Source: Octopus vulgaris (taxonomy: Eukaryota). Taken from it: DNA of 64,000 bases. The stretch is from positions 81,716,001 through 81,780,000 of the forward strand of contig OX597816.1 of assembly GCA_951406725.2 (NCBI GenBank), written 5' to 3'. Below are positions 25,047-36,140 of the stretch, in pieces. The first letter of the stretch is position 1. The number at the start of each line of letters is the position of its first letter. The translations under genes and the position numbers were made by a program. Under the pieces are notes generated by a model, which made no database searches, was not told where the DNA came from, and worked only from the letters and a program-made list of their open reading frames with translations.

Positions 25047-28000
25047 GTGAGTACTATGGAACAGTGTTGATCTTGCATGTTATGCTCTGTAGTGCATTTA
25101 TTTTATAACTCATCAGCTAGTCAGTATAAACAATTTTTTAAAATACATTCAGTGCACATAAAATATTTCCTTAAAAAAAATGTCTACAAAGCAGCTATTT
25201 CTGCTAGCTTAATAAATAGCTTTCTAGTTACATATGAATTTGTGTTTACTGAATTGTCTATAGATTTGGTAAAATTTGTGGATTTTGTATTGCTATTATT
25301 ATAAGAGTATTATTATTATTATTAATATTATTATTATTAATATGAAAACATTATGATTGTAATTATAAAAAATATTATTAATCAGTAATATGGCAGATTA
25401 ATTCAGTTAACTGTATCTCTCTCACTCAAAAATAGGCTTTGAGCCTTCTCAAATTATTATTGCTTTTCATCCTTTTGGAGTCAGATATAAATATCAGTCA
25501 AGTACTGGGATCGATGTAATCGACTTCCCCTTCCTTTCAAAAACTGCTGGCCCTGTGCCAAAATTTGAAACCATCATTATTATCATCATTATTATCATTA
25601 TTATTATTATTATTTGATATGCAGTGGAGATTGCTGAGACACTAGTGCACCAAATTAAATGCAATGTAGTATTTAGTTCCATTCTCCTCAATCCCAAATT
25701 TCAAATCCCTCTGGTCTTGTCCTTTCCTTTTATCCTTCTGTGTTGTGTGGTGGAGGGTCATCAAGAACTACTAATATTTTAGGGTCGATTTGATTGATCT
25801 ATATCTTGCAACCCTATTTTAACATTATTATTGACTTGAAAAACACTTACTTCAGGTCTGTGACTGGACAGAGTTGAAAATTTTGATCATTTTTCTAGTG
25901 TAGAATTTGCTGCTTGTTCTGAATTGCATTAACTTATGAAATGTCAAGGAATTCATTGTGATTATGACTATCCAGCTCAGCCTCCACCTCATATGGTCAA
26001 AATGGGAATGAGTGTTTGGTCAATTCTTACTGAGATCAGTTTAGATCTGCAGACTAGACTGCAACTTTGTATAGCAGTATTTATCTGATTATCATAGTGA
26101 GCAGCTTTATGTTCTCAGTTTAATATGATCGAAGGATTATGTTGAGCAGTTATTACTTGTGAGAGTGGTCAGACTGACAGAAAGATCCATGGTGAGAATT
26201 ACTCCATTGTCATATAACATTCTTGTTGTTTGAGATAGCAGAAATAGGAAGCTGACAATATATATATTATTATACTGTTTGGAGTTTAAATTCTGATCTA
26301 CTTGGCCTTTCATCTCTCTAAAATCCACTAAAATATTAGTAATGTACTAGAGTTAATTCACTTGATTGTGCCTCTTTACAAAAATCAGCCATTTATTTAA
26401 TCTTACCAAATATTATTATATTCATTTCAATATATTATTCACATTTGGCACTTGCCATATCCTCAAATGGAGATATAGTGAAGCAAAACTAGACAAGGTT
26501 GTCAAAGAGACAAAATGAAAATAAAGCATATAACAAATTCATCATTATAATGATTAGAACAGTTGAGTGATAGACTGGTAGAGAACTAGAAAAGTTATTC
26601 TCCAATATTTTGAGATTCTTGAGTTCAACTTCCTTTTCATTCTTCTTGCGTTGATAAAATAAATACTAGTCATGTTGTAAAGCTGATCGCATCAACTCAA
26701 CTCTTCCTGCAAAATCTGTGGTCTTATGCTAATGTTAGAAATTATCATTATTGTTATTGCTTTCCTTTATTTTATAATGTCACTAAAACACTGAAACATC
26801 CCAGTTAATAACATTACACAAATGTGCTTTCAATGTTTTGCAATTAAAAACAAATAACACTTTGAACACTTTTACATTTATAAAACCCCATATTTTTTTT
26901 CTATGTATTGAATTATATATCATATACATCATCATCATCGTTTAACGTCCGCTTTCCATGCTAGCATGGGTTGGACGGTTCAAATGGGGTCTGGGAAGCC
27001 CGAAGGCTGCACCAGGCCAGTCATATCTGGCGGTGTTTCTACAGCTATTATTATTTATTAGTGAGTTGGCAGAATTGTTAGAGTATCAGTAAAATTTCTT
27101 TGCAATGTTTATTCTAGCTCTTCATATTCCTAAATTCAAATCTTGTCACGGTCAAATTTGTTTTTCATCCTTTTGAGGTCAATAAAATAAAGTACCAGTT
27201 GAGCACTAACGTTGATGTAACTGACTTAGTCCCTCTCTTCAAAAAATGAGTGACCATATGCCAACATTCAAATGATAATAATTATTATTATTAATTACTA
27301 TAATTGAATATTGTATATGTAACCCAAATTAAAATTCTGATATTATTGTTGTTAAGATGAGTGTCGGGCTAACTAGAGCATTAAACTGTGATTTGCATTA
27401 ATTTTATGGTTCTTCATTCTGAGCTCACTTTCAATCAAGTCACTTTTTTTCTCTTAGAACGAGAAAATGAGTACCAGTTGCTAACTGAGATTAGTTCAAC
27501 CATCTATGCTTGTTTCCTACAAAAATTGACCTTGTGCTCATGTAAGACATCATTATCAGGCTGGGTCAATGAGAGACTATCTCTTTATGATGCTTCAGCT
27601 GATATGAATTTAATGCATCTTATACCTTTCCCCTTCCTCCCTCCCTCTCTTACATATAACTGTTTGCAGATAGAAATCTTATATTTTTTAAAGTATACTA
27701 TTTATGAAAAGGCTGAAATTTCATAGCAGTAACATGGACCAATAACAATTTAAATACGAAACTACTAATTCAAGCTCCTCTTCTGATGTTTGAGTGGTTT
27801 CTCTTACTTTTTTAAATGCAAATTATTATTTGAAAATGTTAATTTTGTTGATCTTAATACTTGTATTTTCTTTTTTAATTTATTTAAAAAATTTGTTTAT
27901 AATTGAAAATTACTTTTGTTCTACAGCTTGCATATATTACTCTCCTTCTCAAAAAAATAAAATATGTGATGATGTTTCTATATATTAATGAGAATTTTAT

Positions 28001-29450
28001 TCTTATCTTCAGTTCAAGGAGAAATTAAAGTAAAACATAGCAAATTTAATTATGCAAATAAACTTATATTTTGTTATTTTGTTTGTTTTCTTTCTTCCTT
28101 GTTCTATAGTTTTTATTGGAAGAATAGGAGTTCACAGAAGTGGTAGCATACCAGACTAAATATATTAGAATTTTATGACTTATTCCTTCACATTCTCTAA
28201 TGAACTACATTCAGTGCTTACCTTGTCTTCTGTCTCTTCAAGGTCAATAAAATAAGTACCAAGTGAGGCATTCAATCAATCTTGACTCTACTCTTCAACA
28301 CATAGCTTTGTGCCAATGGGAAACATTTTTGTTACTCATTTGTTACTTTATTACTTGATGATGAAGAGTGTATTCATGCCACATAAAATTGTGCCAATTT
28401 ACAATTACCTTTTTTAGATAACTTTTTCTATGGCTGTAAAAAATTTTGATCTGAAAAAGAAATTTTTTATTTTTTTTATTTTCCTGATATTTTCTTGTTA
28501 TTCTTTAGGTTTAAACCATTTGCAACATGGGGGAAAATTTGAAATTATTAAAAAAAAAAACACGTGCATTATTTATTTATTTAAATTATCAATTATTTGA
28601 CTTAAATTCATTGAAAAACAATTTGCTTGTTAAGAAATTGATTAAAATTTTATTTTTCTTACATACCTAATAATAAAACTCCTTGTTTTTCATGGCATGG
28701 TAAGAGGAAGAATAACAGCATCCATGAATTTTTCACAGGAATGCCAAGATTAGTAGTGAGGTCATAGTTTGCAGCAATAGGAAGTAACACCAAGTTTTTT
28801 CGTTACATTCTGCCTAAACATCTGATCCAAATGTCCACAAAAATGTCCCTACTAAAGGTACTCAAGGACCAGCTCATCATTAAATTGGGCAACAGGTTAA
28901 GTCTAGCTTCTGGAGCTTGTGTTCAAAATGTTACACAGAATCATAAGAAAAGACAATTCTAGTACTTACATGTACATTATATATATTTTATTGTAAATTT
29001 TTGTTGACTAGCAGTAATATTCTGGGTGAAAATTCTCCTTTTCAAATAGAAGAAAATAATGAATTCAGGGAAATGTATTGTTATCAGCAGGCCTTACATA
29101 TATTTATTGATATAAAGCCTGCTAAGGTAGACTTTGCCTCTCATCCTTCCAATTGATAAAATAGTACTAAAAATACTGGGTACAATTAACTTTACTACTC
29201 TCCAAATTTTATGGTTTGCTTGCAATGTTAGAAATCACCAATATTGGATTGGCAGCATTTAGAGATAGATAAGTGAACAAAAGCTCAATAAAATAATCTC
29301 AATTACGTATTGAGGTCAATTAAATTAGCTTCACACCTTCCAAATTTGTGACCTTATGCTAATGATAAAAGGTCAGTCAATTGGCAGAACTAACAGCAAA
29401 CAAAATGTCTTACAGTATTTAGTTATATCTCTTTACATTCTGAGTTCAAT

Positions 29451-29648
29451 CCATTAGCATTTAGACTAGCCATATCCAGTCCATATATTTTTCCTATGTT
29501 CAAACCAACCAGATCTGGCCTCTCACACCTTCCCTATAATGTCACATCATCAAAATCTCAAAGCTACAAGATGATACATGATTAAATCAAAACAATGTGA
29601 AAAAATAAACATTATAATTGACAGAGTAATCTAAATGCTAAAGGTTAA
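29451..29648 (-). mobile_element. piggyBac-type MITE (inverted relative to the 34092 copy)
   Basis: Ends ..TAGCATTT / AAATGCTAAAGG-TTAA; aligns with the reverse complement of 34092-34336. Confidence 0.75.
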
Positions 29649-32239
29649 ATCCTGCCCGTATCACCTTTGTCTTTCATCTTTCTAAGATTGTTAAAATGAA
29701 TACAACCCAAGTGCTGGCAGGATCAGTATACTTCATTATATTCCTCTCCCAAAATTTGTGTCTTATGTTAGAAATTATAATTAGTCAACCTCCAATCTGG
29801 TTCAACTATCTAGGTCATGCTTTCAAATATGATACAATGCCATTCATATATATATAAACTAGGATAAATCCAATCAGCTGTAAATTGCTCCTATAAATTT
29901 GTTGCTTCATGTCCTTATAATAAAACAGCATTTCCCTTTATATGTCTCTGAAAAATGCAAACATTATTTCCCATGTCCCCTTTCCCATAAATATGGGGTG
30001 TTGCACTTTTGTTAAAAATAATTATTTTATTATTATTGTCATCGCCTTTCCTAGCACACCGTCTGTGACCTGTGGAAATGTTTCTGTTATTCTTGTGACT
30101 ATATTGTAGATATCAGAAAACCTATAAACAACTGTCTGCTTAAATTATTGCAGTGCTCTGATGATCAATGTTTCTATGTACCTATCTAATAACACAGTTC
30201 ATTTAGGGAGACTAGATCACCTGCCATTGAGCTCCTTATCATGTAACCCTTCAATGGTATCATTATCGTTATCACTATCATGGTGTTTATTGATCAATTA
30301 GATTACCTTTGATATGTTGGTCACAATAATTAAGCCACTACAATATGCTCCCATTCACTATTCTCTCTGTTTGTGTGTCATCATAAACTCATCTTCACAT
30401 CATAAACTCATACAACCACAACCACACACACACACACCTCAATGCAAATTATTGTTTGTGGTGTATGTGCATGCATGTTTACACACACACACACATATAT
30501 ATATATATAGGAGAAGGTTTGTAGTTAAGAATTTTGCTTTACAACCACATGATTTTTGTTTTGATCCCACAGTGTGGAACTTTGGGGTTGAATGAGTTAC
30601 AAAATGGCATCAAGAAGGGCATCCAGCTGTAGAAAACTGTTACAAGAATCTTATCCAACCCATGCCAGTGTGGTAAAAGCTGATGTACAAATATTGACTA
30701 TATATATAATGATTCGTGAACATTTTATGTCCACTTACCATGCTGGTATGGAGTGTGTCATCACAGCCCAAGTCAGTTCGTATTTAGAATTACTGCCCTC
30801 CTCTCTTAGACAGATCAGACTATTGGCCATTAATATGCAAGGAAAAGCTTTCAGACACCAACACATTACTTGTCTACTATAACACCTTCATGACTACTCC
30901 ATTCTTCAAGAAGAAATGTCCTGGGTTAATCTCTCTCCTGAAACATTATCCTTGTGTCATGAAAGATATGCACTGTGTTATGTAATGAAATAAATTAGGT
31001 TAAACTTTATTTAAAACAAAGGAAATAAAGAAAATATCATATTAAACAAAAATACCAAAATGTGATTGATATAGTTGACAGTGGATTGAGAAATATCAAA
31101 GTAGGAATACTTAAGCTTTTTGGAAGTTGATGTTATGATAAATATAAGAAAGTGGCCAAAACTTATACTACACATATGTTTTATGTTGAGGGCTTTGTTC
31201 GTCACCATTTGGTAGAGCTGTTTTACTTAATTGGTAAAAAAAAAAAACCCAACTCGGGCTCAGAGGTGATCAAAAGTATTGTAGGTCCATTTTTTTTCAC
31301 CCTAAGGGTTAGTTAATTCTGACTGTCAATGATATAGATTTTTAGAGATTTCAATCAAAGGAAATATTTTGCATGTTTCAACATATTATATGTTAGGTTT
31401 CATTTATTGTGGCTGTAGTTTTTGTCTTTATTTTCATTAGTAAATGTTTCAGCTTAATAGATCTTCAGCTATCTTTTCTGTTAGAGGCAATCTTTCACTG
31501 TTCTTAATGTTGACCATAATTTGCTTCATTCTACAAACAGAATCTACAGAATTTCAGTCTCTCATTTGATTCATTTCTCTTTTAATCAATAAGTGTTGCT
31601 TTTTATTAACTTTTATTAGTTCCAGATTCCAACACTGCTCTGCATGACTATAGGGCTTTACTTAAAATAGCCACTTAGTCTGGTGTAACTCTAATATCCT
31701 TACCGTCAATCCCATAATGTTCACTTCTACATTTCTTTGCAGATTTATGGCTCTGCATGAAATTTTTTTCTTTAACATTTTTGTTTTGCATGATAATTTC
31801 CTCCCAGTTTCAGCTATTGCTGCTTATTCAGTTTGCATGCACATTTATGGTATTTTACTTGTTCTGAGAGTGACAATAATGAATATGCTAGGTTTTTGCA
31901 GAAATCCTACAATAACTGAACTACTTTTGTTACTCTGACAACTTCAACAATGTATATTTTCTTAATGCATCTTTGGCATTCAGGTTTGTATTCTCAGAAA
32001 GCAAAGGAATTTATTTTGTGCTTGTGTCACTTTAATTTTCTTCTAAATAATACATCCAATTTCAGTAACTACTTAATCACAATATACATAATGATTTCTC
32101 CTGAAATAATTAATATTATTTTTTTTTTTCATTTCTTTAAAGCATGTTTTCATGTCTGCTAGTTTGTTGCATCAAGTCATTTTATGAATTATTTTCTTCA
32201 TTTTGGTATATATAAATATGTTGGGGTTTTTTTCTATAG

Positions 32240-32341
32240 ATACCAGAAGACATCTGCTGCCATGAAGACTGCTTCTGAGAAAACTACATCTGCCATTTCA
32301 GTCCTTGGTGCTTCAGTAAGCAAAAAATTTGATGAAATGAG
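32240..32341 (+). CDS. TPD52: TPD52-family exon
   Basis: YQKTSAAMKTASEKTTSAISVLGASVSKKFDEM(R), homologous to D52 YKKTSE..S.AG.K.SAA.S.VG..I.KKL; TATAG / GTAACA; phase 2-2. Confidence 0.95.
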
Positions 32342-33548
32342 GTAACATTTGTTTCTACAATACATAACAATTATTAAAAAGTATCCACATATACAATGAA
32401 TTGTATCGTACACCAGTTTCTAAATTGTTTTGCTAAGAATAGAAACAAGAATTAAATGTTCTGTTGTCTATGCTGGATAATATAATAGAATAAATGTTTA
32501 ACAGACAGACATTAAATGATGATGATGTTGGATATGTTATATATACACAATGTGTAATAGAAGATTATAAAAAATATTGTTTGTGTATGATGTTTGCATA
32601 CGATGCACATTTCATGTTTTTTTCAGATTTATGCTTGTGTGTGAAGAAACTGAAAGAGAAAAATATATATCACTTTCTTCAGATTATAATGTTTTAAATT
32701 TCATTATGACAAGGGCAGATAGTTTAATCTTTTGTACTAATATTTAATGAGATATTAAGTCCTTTCACATATCTAAGGACTAGTCCTTAACTCTGGTTTC
32801 TGTACTACTAAATAATAAGAGCCAAACCTACTCCAAGAAAGGACACCAATTCATATTAAATAAATTTCTCGCAAATGCTGGTCCATTTTTCAAAAAAGGT
32901 AGGCAAATTGAAGCTCATACTCAAAATATCCTGTTGTGAGTCATTGAAAATATCTGCAATGGATTTGAAATTTTACCTCTACTAAAATATATGAACCTTA
33001 ATAACACCAAACATTGATAGCATTTGTTAATAGTATTTCAGCTTATTGTTTTATCACTCTAAGCTAGTAACTTGGATTAATGCTTATTAACTTACCAGCT
33101 AAAGAATCAATTTGAATCTTGTCATCAGTGTTACTCTTTAATGAACTTGCTGTAAGTAAGTATAGCTTGCTACTGAAAGGACTTGTTTCCTTGTGTTGTA
33201 GTGCTTATTCAAATCTAGCCCCATCCCATAAGTTCCATCATGTTGTTTGACACACTATATGACTACAAACACCATCTTATATAACCGAAAATAAAAAAAA
33301 TTGTTATCTTGTAAAAACTGGTTGAGCACCATTGCACACTCTGTAAAGTGGTTGGCATTAGGAAGGGCATCCAGCCAAAGAAACCATGCTAAATCAGATT
33401 GGAGTTTAGTGCAGCACCCTGGCTTGCCAGCTCTGGTCAAATCATCCACCCCATGCCAGCATGGACAATAGTCGTTAAATAATAATGATCAGTTGTTGTT
33501 TTTGTCTGTTTGAACTGCTGTATTTCCTGTTGAATTTTCTTATTTCAG

Positions 33549-33609
33549 AAATTCTCAGACATTCAAGACAGTGGAAGAACGAGTGGAGAATGCTTACACT
33601 AATGTAAAG
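33549..33609 (+). CDS. TPD52: TPD52-family exon (D52 motif)
   Basis: NSQTFKTVEERVENAYTNVK corresponds to the NSxTFKSFEE(K/R)V motif; TTTCAG / GTGAGT; phase 2 to 0. Confidence 0.95.
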
Positions 33610-34091
33610 GTGAGTCCTACTTGCTAGTTAGCACTTTCTGATTTTTTTTTCTTTTTAGTCTGAATTAGGTTAAACTTTATTTAAAACAAAGGAAATAAAG
33701 AAAATATATTAAACAAAAATACCAAAAATATACAGATGAATTTTTATTACTTACATTAAAACTTTCACAAATCTACAGCTAGAGGCAGCACCTACATTTT
33801 CTACATATTACTGTTTCATCTGTAATGGTGATTACATACATATAAATGATAACTCTTTTCATGATAACTCTTTCTCTTTTTTCTAATCTCACACTCCTTT
33901 TCATGTGGTTTATATACATAAGGTTAAAGAATTTTATTTAAGAAAGAAAGATTAGAACTCATCCTTTTTCAGTTTGGTTTAACCTCACATCTTTTTCAAC
34001 ATTCAAACAGAGGACATAATTAGACTGAAGTGATTTGGTTGTTTATGGACATTTGGGTGCTGCCTGCTATTCTTGACTTGGTCAACTTTAA

Positions 34092-34336
34092 CCCTTTAGC
34101 ATTCAGATTACTCTTTCAAATGTAATACTTATTTCACTTTATTTTGATATAAACAGTCACATCATCGAAGTCTCAAAGTCTTGAGAATTATCTCATGACT
34201 TTGAGACTTCGATGATGTGACTGTTTATTTTTGAAATGACATTGTAGGATAGGTGTGAGAGGCTTGATCTGGCCAGTTTGTACATAAAACAGGTAAAATA
34301 TTTGGGCCTGATGCGACCAGTTTAAATGCTAAAGGG
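34092..34336 (+). mobile_element. piggyBac-type MITE with internal perfect hairpin
   Basis: TTAA TSDs 34088-34091 and 34337-34340; TIRs CCCTTTAGCATT / AATGCTAAAGGG. Confidence 0.9.
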
Positions 34337-34515
34337 TTAAAAAATTTTTTTTGTTTTTTGTTGTTTTTTTTTCTATTTCTATTTTCCTTGCTTGAGCTGC
34401 TTTTATTTGTTCAATGAAATTGCTTATCAAAATTAGAATTAAGCCTATTATTAGTGTATTTGTAAGTTTGTTTACTCTGTCCTGAAATTTTACTAACCAT
34501 GCATATTCTGTTTAG

Positions 34516-34551
34516 ACTTCAAAGTCAATTGAGAATTTAAAAGATAAATTG
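34516..34551 (+). CDS. TPD52: Candidate 36-nt TPD52 microexon (TSKSIENLKDKL)
   Basis: Consensus branch point TACTAAC, TGC, TTTAG acceptor, GTGAGT donor; phase 0-0. Confidence 0.75.
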
Positions 34552-35763
34552 GTGAGTTCTAGCTGTTTGTAAAGTTGCTGTTGTTGTTGTGCTGTAGTAG
34601 TAACTGTTTAGATGTCACCAAACAGTATTTTGTCACTTCATACTGTTTTAGTTATTATATAATGCATGTTACTTTGCTTTGATTGTTGTAAATTTGAATT
34701 CTATGAATTCTATATTATTTCATCAGTGTTGGAGAGATAAAAGGTTAAGTAGACATATACAGAAGTTGAAATGTAGATTAATGAGCTCAAGATTAGATTT
34801 TTTTAACTTACAAATATCAATTCCACTTTTCTGATTCTGATAATGAGGTGATTTGTGAGTCACTAATGAGATATATCATCTGAATGCGTAATGATTTGAT
34901 CATACTTTGTGATTTCTTATGTAAATATAAGGCTTCAGGTTATTAAGCAAAAAGGGTGGAGTTTTGTGCTGTTGATGTCCTTCATTAAGAATGTATGTGA
35001 AGTGAAAACCAATTAAAACTGAGTAGACTTGGCTTTTACTAGGTTTTGAGATATACATTTCTTGGGGTTAAAAAAACTAAAAAGATAGTGATATTGTAAT
35101 AAGATTTAACAAATTTAGTTGTTAAAACAGCATTCATTCAATGTAATTCAATGATCTGTAAATAAAGTGTTCAGACTTGTCAATAAGGAGTTTAAATTAC
35201 TGACTGGACAATCTGTTGGTTTCTTCACTGTAAACTTATGAGTCTATCTCCTTTTCAATTGTATTGTGCTGTGCCTGTTCAGTAGTTGAAAAGTTAAAAA
35301 AACAGGGTAATAATAACTTGGTTGGTATTAGAGTGCTAAACTAAACAAAAAGTGACTAGATGTTTGCTGATACTCCTATAATCAAACTCTTTCACACATT
35401 AACAAAATAATCAACATTGACTTCCTTATGAAGGAATATTAAAATAAAAGCCAACATGATCTTTTCCTACTGAAAAATAGTTTTAATCATGGTACAAATA
35501 ATTGTTTCTGCACAGTCACCTAACTACTGAACTGTCTTAAACACATTTTCATCTATTCTTTACTCTTGCCTATACTATGTTTAACTTTTCTTCTCATCCA
35601 GTGCAGTATCTTGCACTTACTTCTCATGTTCATTCTAGTTATTTCTCTTGTTTCTTTACATATTCTTTACTTCTCCCTGTAATATCTACACTTTTGTGTT
35701 TTATTGCGTTCTCAGTTTCAGTGCCCTACTTTCTTCACTCTTAGTTACACTTATTTTCTTCTT

Positions 35764-36140
35764 TTCGTGGCTGTATAGTGTGAAGTTTTCTTCCTAACCA
35801 CATAGTTCCAGGTTCAGTCCCACTGTGTGGCACCTTTGGCAAGAGTCTTCTATAGCCTTGGGCCTACCGAAGCCTTGTGAGTGGATTTGGTAGATGGAAA
35901 CTGAGAGAAGCCCATTGGGTGTGTTTTATGCCTGTGTTTGTTCTTTACCACTGCTCGACAACCAGTGCTGGGGTGTTTGTGGCCCCATAACTTTGGCAAA
36001 GGAAGTTAATAGAATAAGTACCAGGATTAAAAAGATGAAAATAAGTACTAGGGTCAATTCATTCTGCTAAATATTATTCAAGGCAGTGCCCCAGCATGGC
36101 TACAGTCTTATGACTAAACCAAGTAAAAAAAAAAAAAAGA
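35764..36140 (+). mobile_element. SINE with A-rich tail
   Basis: Same family as 5341-5730. Confidence 0.8.
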
